DNA from: Botryllus schlosseri
Lineage: Eukaryota
Assembly: GCA_051294905.1 (NCBI GenBank)
Contig: CM119375.1
Location: 12,090,001 to 12,154,000, forward strand
DNA length: 64,000 nt
Direction: 5' to 3'
The position numbers were made by a program, and so were the translations under genes. Below, piece after piece: positions 13,401-26,360 of the stretch (position 1 is its first letter; every line of letters starts with the position of its first letter). The notes beneath the pieces were generated by a model. It searched no databases and had not been told where the DNA came from. It saw nothing but the letters and a program-made list of their open reading frames with translations.

Positions 13401-16105
13401 TGTCGTACCTGAAATGGAAATAACGATATCTAGTATCGGTTCTAGAATATACTCAGTCGCAAATATAATATTTTAATAACGCCTCATCAAATTTCGGTAC
13501 ATCATGTTACAAAGCACAAGACACGATTACGCATAGCTGTTTAAATAAAAGCTTCGTTTTATGGATGGCTTTCATTCCACAAGTAATCAAACCCGTCGTG
13601 TGATTCGTACTGTCGGAGCGATAAGCTTACGAGGTCTCGACATAGTGATCTCTTTATCCCAATTAATCATTAGGTGGAAGACCATAAACGGATATCGTCA
13701 TGGACACTAGTAATGTTCCCTGCGTTATGGATACCAACTCCAGATATCGCCCCGAGTTGAATCATAGGTTGCCGTAATGTCTTAGACCGTTGCAATGACT
13801 CATTTGGACCCACAGTATTGGCAAAACAAAGTTTACAGAACCACGATAAGGCGTCGCCTCGCGTCGGAAGTTCAGATGCTAATCAATGTACAATAATCGC
13901 GGCTGATTCATCGATTCTTACCCGGTAAGTAGAACAGCATTGTCATGGTGCGCTATCCCACTCTCCGGAGCCTCTACCGAATCGTTTACGTTGATAGAAT
14001 GCTGCCATCTGCAAAAGCTGTCCAGCGATCTATCGGCGTGGTGGTTTATCTTGAGGTTGGGCTGCGGCGAAGAAAGGTACATATGTTATAAAGTTTCGAG
14101 GCCGGGTTTCTTACACGATATTCAAGCCGTTACATCATAACCGCTAAATAAACTAGCGCCGTAACACAATCCGTAAATTTTCCTTATCATTTACCTGATC
14201 TTCCGTTAGCAAGACTATTCTGGTCACAATGATGTTCACCGCGTTACCGATCGATGCATCATGGTACAGATTGGATACCTGCCAACACAATTGCGGCGCG
14301 TTAAGTGAAGGTCAACGACTGTGGTCTCATTGACAGTACTTACGATATTCATTATTGTGAGTATGTAGCTTTCTACGTCTTTTCGTCCGTGGTATCCGAC
14401 CATCATCTTGTCGGCCACGACTAGCGTTTCAACGTTTCTTTCCCGACTGACGGATCGTTTTTTGCGACTGAGAGTTTCTTCCTCGAGGTCGTTGCTCTCT
14501 GTGATATGCTTCTCGTGATGGTGATGTCTTGAATTCCTCCTGGACTTTTTCGAGCCGCGCTTGTTTTGCGATGATGATGGATCGGATCCGTGACGCTCGC
14601 CCTGTCGTGTCTTTGAATCGCCACCTTGCGGTTTGACCCTCCACCAAGGTGTTTCTCCGTTCGCGTCATCTGTCAAATGTAATCTCAATGAAGGATGCTG
14701 CCCTTGAATTCGGCGTGCTGCAAACATACCCGAGTAACCACAGTGTCCGAGATCGTCTTTGCTCTTTTTTCTTTGATGAAGATGACGGAAGATGGATCTT
14801 TTGTAAATCACGTGCGGGTGACCTTCTGCCCTCTCTTCGCTCATCGCTTCCGCTTCCGAAAACGGGACGGAGGTAGTCGACTCGACTAAGCTGTCGTCCG
14901 TGTCGTTCGAAGCCGAAGATGTTTCATTGAACAGAGGTTCAATTACATATTCGACCCCGTCTTTCGCTATGACGCCTTGCTGTTGAAAAAGAATGCAAAT
15001 GACGATACCGTGGATAATCCAGGCGCTTAACCGATGCGACTCACCATTCCGTCACACAAACTAAGCGCCACTTTAGAATATCCGTCGTAGTTATGTATAG
15101 TTCCCGTGTAGTGGCAATCGTCTATTTCGTCGTGCCGCGTGACGATTTTGCCTCCCCTGCCTCTAATTTCCAATTGGAAGTTCTTCGAAACTAGCTTATA
15201 ATTCTTTTTTAAATGGAACCGCGGCTTCGGCATATCAAACATATTGTCCATTTCAATAAAGACTTCGTGATCGTCTGTTTGCGGGGTCAATGACTCCGTG
15301 ACGCTCCTACGCCGCCGAAGTTTGACAAAGTCTTTATTATATCCGCTGTTAATTGATTCAATGTTCACGTAGGACATAAATGTTCCTTTTGCGTCAACGC
15401 GACGAAGAAACCGCGTCTCGACGGGCGAAGAAGCGTCCTCTTCTGTTAGTGATGATAGCGCTTTCATTAATTGACCTGAAATAGATTCCTCCGTTTATTC
15501 GTCATTCGCTTTCGCAAAGTATGTTGCGGCGACATGCAAACGGCATCATGCCAAGCAGCCGAAGCGATCGCTATCGTAAGTGGTTCGACCGACATTGGAA
15601 GTAATCCTTAACGATCTAGAACGAGTATGGTTTCTCAAGTGTGCTACAATAGTTGGCTCTTTACGAAAGATTCGATTGCACTTTCCAATTACGCGAACAG
15701 GTCCTAAACCTAACCACAGCCTCGGTCTCATAAATATTATGAGAAATTTATTGCTGCTTCGATCACACCCTGTGATTATTCGCCGAGATATACAGGATCA
15801 ATCAGGAAACTGTGGTGAAGATAAACGGCATATGTTTGCGGCTTTCCTCATCTTGATATTAGAGCCCCGAGGTTATTAAACGGGATTTAATTGAAGATTG
15901 AGAAATAGAGCTTTCAACCTCTCTACAAGCAATTATGCTATAGTGAATACAAGCAAGTCCGACATTCAGGGTTACTATTATTGATACCACAACAAAGACA
16001 GTTGCAAATATGATCCTAGCGTCACTCACCGTGTCTGTGTTGCGATGCTAATGCTGATCCGGAAGAAATAATGAAAATTCCATAAAATATAAATAGTTTG
16101 GTCAT
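7474..16105 (-). CDS. ADAMTS6: ADAMTS6/ADAMTS10-type secreted metalloprotease, 20 coding exons, about 1201 aa
   Basis: Exons (minus): 16105-16030, 15475-15045, 14979-14730, 14669-14344, 14278-14195, 14061-13922, 13408-13365, 13074-12969, 12830-12684, 12497-12356, 12064-11951, 11887-11678, 11332-11230, 11163-11027, 10882-10759, 9813-9730, 9660-9497, 9429-9161, 9101-8897, 7923-7474. All introns are GT-AG and phase-compatible; total 3606 nt. Domains in order: signal peptide [20 protein letters not shown], prodomain, RKKR|[28 protein letters not shown], zinc motif HEMGHNFGMEHD with Met-turn IMA, disintegrin-like, TSR1, Cys-rich, spacer, four more TSRs, PLAC ([23 protein letters not shown]). This layout matches ADAMTS6/10; the symbol is the nearer of the two by recalled motifs. 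Confidence 0.95.
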
Positions 16106-19100
16106 CTTGAATATCTTTAATAAATAAATTATCATTCTTCACAAAAAGAGCGTGTTTTTGTCGCTGGAAGCTGTTGTCTTATTGAGATTGGTTGCTTATC
16201 TTCTTTGGTATAAAAATAATGTATTTTATCTAACGTTCTTAAATATTCTGCATAAAAGTAAAATGATGCTGTGAGTTTGAAATCCAGACTATACATACCA
16301 GACGAACACTAGACAGCGTAACCTGTAACTGCCCAGCTCAACGAAGACACCGTACGCTTCGCGAGGGAATCCTGTCTAGTCAACCTTGCAGTTGTTAACG
16401 CCTGCCGCCTCTCGCCTGGTCTTCAAGGAATCCCTTCGCTGATCGCAAATAAAGTAATACGGCAGATTTCGGAGTTGTCTCAAATCTGCGGCTATTTTTT
16501 CCTGCGCACAACCGGATCTCTCATAACGCCATTTCGTCATACCTTTATTTATCAGTGCATAAACTAACTTTGATATAATTGCGCACTGGCCAGAGAAGTT
16601 GGAAGATTTCGCATTCACGATACGTCGCCATCGCGTTATCGCTATCGGTAATACCTTGCTTGTTATAGCTAATTTTCGCAAATTCAAGCGTCTGAAATCT
16701 GTTTTATCGCTGGACATCGCGATTGTTGAGATTAACACGTGACGGAGGATACAATTCATTGATTAAAATGAGTCTATTGTTTATAAAGCGTGGAGCCATT
16801 CTTATATAAGCGTGTTTAATTTCTGCTTTGACGGGTCCTCAAAATTCCTCACTGCTATGCATTGCTTTAACCCAAATCGGGTCGATTGGTTTATCCTTCG
16901 GTTGGCCTAAGTCTCTGACAATGATATGTCTGCTCTCCGTCTCGAGGCTTTATATATGCCAGGCAAGAGACTTATCTAGATTCGAAGACATTCCGCTGAT
17001 CAAATTACAGCATCTTCTATTTGAGCTTTAGTTAACTTTTTTCATCGCTATAGATGTCTAACTTACGACCGAAGCGTGTCTTGGCTATGTATATGACGTT
17101 ACTAGCTAAAGAAAGGTTTTACGCATTGCTATCTGATCCGCTTCTAACAATTTAATGAATCGGATAAGGTGCTAATACCTAATACCCGCTTCCGACCAGA
17201 AAAAAAGGATAACAACGATTAGACGAAGACGTTATTGACGGAGTCTAAAAATATAGAACGTAATGGTTAAACATTGAGATTCTGAGCTTTGTGGGCTATA
17301 TGGACAGCTGATATCAATGAATGGTATGGAAAGAGAATTTGTGTAGTACAACCATAATAATAAATAATCTGACCGCAAACGTATTGCTACACATCGGAGG
17401 TTTCGTTCTCTAGAAAATATTTATGTTGGACATTAGACATAAAAACGCATTTATGGCGATATTTCTGAGATGAAGATAGCCCTAAATGCTATTTATCGCA
17501 ATCGCAGCGACATCAGAATGTTCCAAATCGAAATTGATAGCGGCAAGCCACATCTTATATTGAGGGCAGCAGTGATCACGATCCCATTCAGGTGCCGGAG
17601 CAAGAACATAGCCCAGGATTTTTCCACTGAAATATGTAAAATTAGTGTGACTTTAGCAGGATTTTTCTGACTTTGAATTTGAATTTGCCAGTTGGACCCG
17701 AATGAATTCATATTCTAAAACTTTTAAGATCCGCACAAACTTATGTATTTCCGCATCGGATACCGCTCTTCCCTAATTTGTCCAATGGCGTAGCAAGAAT
17801 GAGTTTTTATTTTTATTTTGTGGGAACATATTGTAATAATGACGTGACATCATGAATAGACACCATAAATTGCAGGAGGCATTGGCGCCTTTCGCCATCC
17901 CTTTATCTAAACGCATGGCTTCGTCGTATGGGTTATTAGATTCGGTACATAAACCATATACTTATGCATTGTATCTATATAACTTCTTTCTTGCACAGTG
18001 TCCGTGAATTGCACACATCACATCTAATTCGACGACCAAACACGTTCAGAACTGTCTCAATATTATTTTTCGTTGAGTCGATTATACATTCGTGCAGTGT
18101 TTCAAATAATACGTGTTGTTATTATGAAAATTCCACGCGCGATATTTATGTGATTGATTGCCGCTATCTTGACCTCGTCGTTAAGGTGATGATGTCGGCG
18201 GCATCGAAGACAATTGTGAGTATCTCATCTCGTGTTGATAAATACCTCGCATGGCTCCGCAGAAGCGAAAACTTTGGTACTCTCATATTGAGAATGGACA
18301 ATTTGACATGATGAAAAATCATTTTAATACAGAGATTAAATTATAATTATTCAATGGAGTATTAACAAATTTATCGCAAACGTTATGCGAAACAGATTAT
18401 ATTTAAATAGCAATGCATGGTGCTGGAATCATGCAGTCTAAAAGACCATAAGATGATTTGGATCTCGTATTTTGCATGTCAACCTGCATAATCTGTTAGT
18501 CTAGTCAAAATTAAATTGTAGGATCATTTCATTACAGGATATCAGCATGCGAATATATTTCCAGCTATTCGCTCTACACAATGGAAATGTGTGGCATGCA
18601 CGCTATGAAAAAAATGGAAAATCTAGGAGTTTCCTCATACAGCCCACTTAAATTATATTCTGATGATTTGCACTTACGGGTGCAATCCACTTTATTAGCA
18701 TCGCGCAGATGCGTTCCGAGTACATGGAGCTTAACGAATTATTTTCCAAGTATGTAATACTCAATACTGCATAATTCGAGAGGGACATACATATTTATTC
18801 AGTATGTATACAGTATGCTACTGTACAGTCATATTAAAAAATATTAAAACATCACGAATCCTAGACGAAATTAAAATGCCCGTGTACGTATCGCCACGAG
18901 AAAAGACCTGTTGCTGTTTTCCCTCTTTATTATTACTTTAATGTAAAGTTGTCAGGTATTATTGATGGAGACATGATGGTGACACCGCACTATTCCAAAG
19001 GGACATTATTTCAACTCTTCAAATTTCACTCCAGCAGTCACACGAACTCTGTCATAGACCACGATGTATTTTATGAGATTTGTAACTTACCTGTCAATTC

Positions 19101-20073
19101 TCAGAAAAAATGTTACACAGCGTAATAGCGTAATAGCGTATAACTATATGCATTGTTACGCGAAATCTGAAAAGAGTCAAAGTGCTGAATAAATGTGCGA
19201 GTCATGACCGTTATCACGTATAGCCTATTAATAAATCAAACTGCATCGCATGATTTAATATCGATCCCCTTTTGACAAGGTGCTTATATTGCTGATACCC
19301 CATGGTTGGTATTTAATTCTCCCCAAATACAGCGTAATCTTGCGACCCGTTTTCGCATGTCTTTGAAGTTAAAATGTACCCCTACTGGCGTGCAATATTC
19401 ATGCAAGTGATCTATATATAGAACGCCATGAAAATAAACTTAACTGGCGCACAATAACTATATAATTCTCGACTATATAAAACGACCGAAGGAGATTTAG
19501 TTTGGGTTGATTGAATTTATTTATTTATTCTGTTATGCCTCGGAATATCTCATGCTCAGTCAACTCATCGCGGGGTTCGATATAGATAGCCTCTGATTCT
19601 TTAACGAAACACCAATCCTTAGATTACGTCAGCTGTTCTTCTAAACAAGATACCGTCATCTTACTCGAAGCAGTATCGGAATTTCTAGCGAAATATTAGA
19701 GTTCATCAGAGTATCTTCGCGCAAACAGAAATGAGAAAAGTGACTGTGCGCGACGAACAATACTGGGGTTATGTGCCTTGTGGTTGCACTTGATACATAG
19801 ATATAAAATCTCAATAAGTTCTCCGTGACTGAAAGCAACGCAGTAAAGATTAGCATTATTTGAACCTAATCCGGCTCTATTCACTTCCGCACGGAAAGTG
19901 AGATAATACCACAAATTGATAAACCTTCCCACTCTTTTTACCTACCATAGAAGAATGCAACAGAGAACAAGTGTTACCCATCAATTTTTGCTAAATCAAT
20001 CCGGAAATTAACTTTATGATACCTATATACGTTTTCATGCGGAGCATGGTTAATGTGAGTATAGGCCTACAAG

Positions 20074-20415
20074 CAGGGTTGCATTTTAAAACAAATGACC
20101 TTTTAAATACTGTTTTACAGATGGCATTTGAAAAAATGTATTTTTTTTCAAAAATTGTTTAATTATGCCATAATTGCGTAAATATTTTCGAAAAACACGT
20201 TCTATGAACTTCTGGACGATTTGAACCCTCAGAATCCTTTTTCGTCAAGGAGCTTATTTACCCTCATATTCAATAATCAATATCAATCCACTGTGACATC
20301 ACAATTTAGTATTCGCGAAGTGACGGGTCAAATACAATAGAAAACTTGTTTTAAACAAGGACCATGTTTTAAACGTGTTTGTCGTAAATTGATTCTTGTT
20401 TTAAATGTAACCCTA
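20074..20415. mobile_element. hAT-type MITE, (C/T)AGGGTTGCATTT family
   Basis: CAGGGTTGCATTTTAAAAC...GTTTTAAATGTAACCCTA. Degenerate TSD CCTACAAG / CCTATAAC. Relatives with the same ends at 44514-44918 and 45813-46330. Confidence 0.7.
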
Positions 20416-20743
20416 CCTATAACCTAAAACCATAAAACATTAGTGTTACTTACAATTTTCGGTTGTTTTGATACATTTCATGGCTACGTTACGTTGCCAT
20501 GTTAATGGTGTGGGGAGACAGGTTTCTCTATGTTTAACGGTAAATAAACTTGCACGTGTTGTGATTAAATTTACGGTTAACATAATTGTATTGTTATCTT
20601 TCCGCACGCTACTTTTGGAAATGTGCTTTGTATTATTATAGCGGAGCACAGCCGCACAGCTTATCGCCCCGTTATAATATGGTATTGTGCTCTGAGTCTT
20701 GGTCAGCACAGGGACAAAGTGAGCCGAGCTAGGCTCCAAGTCA

Positions 20744-20948
20744 NNNNNNNNNNNNNNNNNNNNNNNNNNNNNNNNNNNNNNNNNNNNNNNNNNNNNNNNN
20801 NNNNNNNNNNNNNNNNNNNNNNNNNNNNNNNNNNNNNNNNNNNNNNNNNNNNNNNNNNNNNNNNNNNNNNNNNNNNNNNNNNNNNNNNNNNNNNNNNNNN
20901 NNNNNNNNNNNNNNNNNNNNNNNNNNNNNNNNNNNNNNNNNNNNNNNN
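20744..20948. other. Assembly gap (205 N)
   Basis: Run of N; ORFs spanning it are artefacts. Confidence 1.
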
Positions 20949-21356
20949 ACAGGGGGTATGTAGAGAGTCGTCCAAAGAACCTTAGTAAGACGAAGCAAAT
21001 GAATATTGTTCATAGCCTATCGCTCTCTCTGCAAGGCGTAAATATACGAGGTAGGTGACCAACATCACTGTAACGTTGCATATTGTATGCATCAGTAATA
21101 AAATTGCTATCATTTCAATACGGTGATTGCTCTTTATCAAACTGTGGCAATTAAATGAAGCTAACGCCTCAATATGTTCAAATATAGGGATATATTGGTA
21201 GCATCCAATGTTCCACTGTTGCCCTACCTCGCCCAGACATTGCTTCACTGATCATTTGCTACCATCGTTTAATTTTTCTTCTATTTTCCTTTCTTAACTA
21301 AACATTTTTTACAGCCAGACTGTTCAGAGTCAAGTGTACCTGTTTGAGGCTGGTGT

Positions 21357-21771
21357 TAGGCTTACCATACGTCCTCTTTTAAGAGGATTTGTCCTCTTTT
21401 TTGAAAGTGTCCTCGGAGGACGCCCTTTTGTCATCTTTTTTGAGATTTTGTCCTCCTTTTTGAAAATTCAGGGCGAGTGATATGCCGCAAATTAGCGCAG
21501 AAGTGAAGCTCCGGCGGGTATTTCGGAGGGTAAAGCGGTTATTTTAGCTCAGAGCGAAAAGAAGACTTATTTTTTTCTTGAGTCATCCACCTGGCAATGT
21601 GGAGAGAAAAACGTTATTTTGAGCTCTGAGCGGAAGTGATGACCTTTTTTTGTCAACCGATCACGAAGTGGGAAAAATTTACCGGTTTTTGAGAATTCTT
21701 CTCCAGTTTTGCATATCTGAAATTTCTGAAAAAGTGTCCTCTTTTTACATTTCCAAAATATGGTAAGCCTA
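21357..21771. mobile_element. hAT-type MITE
   Basis: TIRs TAGGCTTACCATA / TATGGTAAGCCTA. Perfect TSD GCTGGTGT at 21349-21356 and 21772-21779. A shorter relative with similar ends is at 54244-54421. Confidence 0.85.
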
Positions 21772-22779
21772 GCTGGTGTGATCAGACTAGATGACCTACA
21801 CGGTCTTATCGATCATTCCTATCTAATACCGAATACTGTGCACGCATATTTTCTGTACCACCATCACTGCCGTTTGTTATGTATTTTGGTTGGATGAAAA
21901 TAAAGACTCTCTCTCTCTCCCTCTAAGCTGCGCATGTGAGCAATTGCGCAGTGCTCACAGGTCTCTGCGCACAGGAAATATAAGATGCGCACAAAAAATC
22001 CGATGTGATGACCACTTTTTAGTCGTTACGCACTGCTGTCCAAGGTATCGCGCACTGAGTTGGTGAGTGCGATCAGAATCGTCAAAAACTAAAGGGCCGT
22101 GGCCCGCAAGGTAATTTTAGAAATTAGTTATATTATCAAAAAATGAATTAAATATTTTATTGTGAACTTACAAGGCCAATTAAAAATGTTAGATGTTGAT
22201 GAGTAAAATATCAGCTCCAACGCATTGGAATAGCCAGGGGCCAGTCGCATTTTTCGTAGGTCTTCGTATATTACCACAAAGTATAATGTTCCACAGCAGA
22301 TTTATTTAATTTGAAATTTCTCTTCTCCCTTCGCGGGAATTATTACCACTACATTCGTTGCTTTCAATATTGCCACCCCTCCGGTAAATTAAAATGAACA
22401 AAGCACTTCGTTTATAGAATTGAGTTTAACTTTCGCAATTATGAGTGAACGTGTCGTCCAACATGCGACTTCGCGTGTGAGCTCGCAGAAAGATGGTCGG
22501 CGTCGGTGATGATAATGATAGACACGTTATGTCCGAAACCGTCATACTGATATGTCCAGGCGTCGAATAGTCCTGTCCTTGCCAACTGATCCCAGCGGCA
22601 TATAGAGACGGCCCACATTATATGCAAGTAACAATTATAATTACCGAATTTATCTATTAATATTGATCAGTTTTCGCGCTTCGCTCGTCTACCACACGAT
22701 TGCACTCCGAGTTTTTATGACATAAATATTAACGATCTTGATGTGCAGTAAAACAAGTGTGGTTTTCACCGTTACTTTA

Positions 22780-23225
22780 TCCGGCTCGCTCCTATCGGAC
22801 GACTAAAATAGGCCTTCAACATTCCAGTGACCCGCGCAATGACTCGTAATTTGAATGTGGCACTTTGGCTAAAAAGGTTGGCCACTCCTGCTCTATATAT
22901 ACCGGACATCTATACCCCTTTGGTCATATCGATTCGACGTCTCGACTTTACCTACCGACAAATGGCAACTCCTTTTCATTGCTGATACGCGGTCCTTTCT
23001 TTACACTGCTTACCTTTTTATGCTGTGTTTTGTTATTTTATATTCAATGTGCAATGTGCACGCTTCATATATCACGTTTTCGTTTTTTTTTTATTCAACA
23101 GGCCAAGTCGGGTATTTGATTGATCATTCAAGTCGTTTCGACTCCTTGTTATATAATTTCAGTGTATCGCAATCTTGTGATGCTGAGAATTGATATAACT
23201 TTAATAAACTTAACTGAACATCTTA
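22780..23225 (+). mobile_element. 5'-truncated LINE 3' UTR related to 5580-5886
   Basis: Shares ordered motifs TGTGCAA(T)TGTGCA, GGCCAAG, AAGTC..TTCGAC, TGTATCG and AATAAAC with the LINE tail at 5725-5886. Confidence 0.55.
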
Positions 23226-23722
23226 TATTCAGGTATATGAGCTATGCACTGACTAAAGCATATGCCAAATTTTTCTCTCATTGATTCTCGGGAATCCAGT
23301 TCAATAAATAGATATTCGCGATTCCTCGTTCGCACAAATATTGTCGACGATTGACATTTCGAGCGTATGCCCAAAATATAAATAAAAATATACGTGTACA
23401 TCTGTTGTCGAAAAAGCAATCGCATACGACGTAAATGAAATCATTAAAAATATCCTTTCCGTGCGGTAAAAACAATCAAAGGCCGTAGTTGATCCATCCT
23501 GAAACTGTTTGCGTTGACAATTCACTTATGATACTGAACAAACAGTATCCCAGAAAGCACATGTTGTCTTATGCAACGATATGCAAGACGCGCGCCTTAG
23601 CAGGTTGAAATCGAAAACTGTAAGTCAACAACGCCCCCAGAGTACGCTCTACACTACATGAATATCTATAACTCTTGAAATGTCCGCGAACGGGTCTTCC
23701 CGAAAGTTATAGGACTCTAGAG

Positions 23723-24022
23723 CAGTGGTTCTCAACCTTTTTTTAGACACGCCCCCTTTTTGATAATGAAAAATTTCGCGCCCCCCTTATCGTCATATCA
23801 CCAAATCCAACTGGGATGCTAGCAACCGCAACAGATTGTTTGGTGGTAGGGTCGATTATGAATGTTGATGAGGAATAAAAAAAAATATGAAATTGGGTCT
23901 ATATAGAGAGAAACACGCGTGTATTGGAGGTAAATCGCGCGAAGCGCGAAATTTTTTTTTCAGGTGACCGCTTCTTCGCGCCCCCCTTCAGATGTTTCAC
24001 GCCCCCAGGTTGAGAACCCCTG
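23723..24022. mobile_element. hAT (Buster-type) MITE
   Basis: CAGTGGTTCTCAACC...GGTTGAGAACCCCTG, flanked by CTCTAGAG / TTCTAGAG. An inverted relative is at 55136-55456. Confidence 0.85.
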
Positions 24023-24030
24023 TTCTAGAG

Positions 24031-25755
24031 CAGTGGTTCTCAACCTTTTTCACCTCGCGGACCGGTGGACTTTCAAAAATTGAAATCACCCCAGAACGTA
24101 ACGTATACAACCGCTTTTGCAAGCATATTGTGATAGAGGTTGACATCTCGATGGTTTTGATCGTACTTAATTATGTTCATGATGGCATCCATATCATTTT
24201 ACGGTATAGTGATTGTGCTGAGTCAAGGTAAAATTGCCTTGCCCAGACCGACATTCTACCGCCGATAGTCGCTATACAGTCTTTCGCACCGAAGGTTGTG
24301 GATTTAGCCGACCACACTAACTCGAATAATATTCGTCGTTTCGACAATAGCGAGAGAAGAAGTGTTTCGGAATCGAACCAAGCATCTTATCGTGCTATCT
24401 TGGTCATTGCACACTACCAACAGACGTAGGCTACTCTGGCTACTACCAATACGATGCACTTCACAAAAACACTTGACAACAGCTATAAATGACCATCCAC
24501 AAAATCAGGATCAAAAAGCACTTCGTCGGCTCACCGCCCTCCCCCAAAAAAGGTTGGTCTTTGGCCACCCATAGGGTGATAAACCAAACACCTGGTGGAT
24601 TTCGCCCCCCTCCCCAAGACCCCACTGTTGGCTGGGTGAATGTTTCCACCAGTACTCGTGAGTACATTCATTCTACTCAGTGTAGGCAGAGAGTTTGTGT
24701 CACCTAATCGCATCGAGCGGAAACATTTTCTACAATTCGTGACTGAATCAGTCAACATTGCATAGTATTGATAATTGCAATGCATATATATTGCTATAAT
24801 TTTTTTTATCCTATTCGAATTATCAGATTTCGGGTAGAGCTGAATGAGGAGTCGTCTTGGAAAATTAAGGGCGTGTAGTTATTAATTAAACATGTTAGGG
24901 CGGGCCAGTTGGAATAGTTATTTCGTTGCGTGTTTTTATTTTGTGACCTACTGTATGTTTTAAAGTGAATAGATATTGAAATCGCCCAAGCGTTCTCTAA
25001 ACTAAAAGCCAAACACGATTCAAAATTGCTATTTCTTCACAGGCAAATAATGTTTCACTGTGGTATGGCATTGGTCTTGTGGGGTACAGATTGCCAGGAC
25101 AGTAAGATTCGGCGCCAGCCATTTAGGTGTCGATGGAAAATTAGACATATATATATCGCAGTTTTCGGTCAAAAAAGGGAGTCGCTTTCGGCCAAGGTTT
25201 TCTCGCTGCCAAATTTTTGTCACGCTGTTCGGAGTCCCATGTTAGCCTAAACTTCATTATGTGTTGGTGCGTCGTGGCGCGGTAATGGCTTACGCCAAAA
25301 TGACTATTTATATAAATCATGTGTATTTCTTGGGTGAAGGGCACCCAATAATGAAGACATTTTATGACACTAAATCACGAAAACAACTGAAAAAGTTGGA
25401 TAAAGTTTCAAAAATTACTTTATAATTTATGTTCATTCACGAAATAATTTTGGGCCCCCTTCAAGCTCGTCCCCGGTCGCATTGGGGGGTTTGAGGTGCG
25501 GCCGTTACTGTCCCGCACAAAATGAATTAATCGAAAACAAATGATCGCACAAACTGCGCGTTTTAGTGAGTCAGCTTGTACTGGTCGCTTGCATGTCGTC
25601 AAATGACACGGATTGAACTTCAAGTCAAATCAAATACTTTTCCAGACCTAATGTTACTTCACGAAGTTATGAATCTGTTTAAAATTTGACGTTTTATATG
25701 ATTTAGCAATCGACAAGCCTTAAACAAATGACATCTTGGCGGTTGAGAACCACTG
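24031..25755. mobile_element. Non-autonomous hAT (Buster-type) element with nested repeats
   Basis: CAGTGGTTCTCAACC...GGTTGAGAACCACTG, flanked by TTCTAGAG / CTCTAGTG, directly abutting the previous MITE. Confidence 0.75.
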
Positions 25756-26254
25756 CTCTAGTGTACTATCATATAGCTCCAGAGTACTATGCGATGCTAG
25801 TGGTGGGCCTACTCGTCAATTCAATTTTGTCCGCTAACTTGATGGCTTACATCACGCTCTTTTTCTTTTCGCCGAATTCATAACAAAAGAAATCCAACTT
25901 TTTGGCGAATTCTCTGAATGTGAATTGTATAATACTTGTTTACAGCTATGACCAAAGGTACAATCGTCTTAAATACTCTGTGATCAAGCACGTTGTGGAC
26001 CGTGACGCTCTTGAGACGTTCGACATGCGCGCAATGCGCAATAGTGCCCTCTGAGTTAATCTCACGACGTTTTGAATATACGGCGAGGATCATCCATTAA
26101 TTTTTCTATGTAAAAAAATGAATTATTTAGGTCCTGTTGTGGACTCTTAATTGCGACAAAATCGCTTTGTCAAGTAGGCTACTAATCAAGTGTCCAAGTG
26201 ATTACTGGACGATGATGATCTGACAAGGCGCCTTCGCCTACCTACTTCAAAATT

Positions 26255-26360
26255 CAATTCACTTTATTGCTGATAATTTCATCATTTCAATACGCCACAA
26301 GACTGCCATACAATGAAAGATAGGAAGGTGTCGAAACGTCTTGGAGTAGTCTTCATTTCC
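26255..26360 (-). mobile_element. Short LINE 3' tail copy
   Basis: AATACGCCACAAG...CATACAATGAAAGATAGGAAGGTGTCGAAACGTCTTGGAGTAGTCTT is the reverse complement of about 5790-5880. Confidence 0.7.

Noticed and set aside
20623-21013. ORFs containing X runs
   Set aside because: Artefacts of the N gap.
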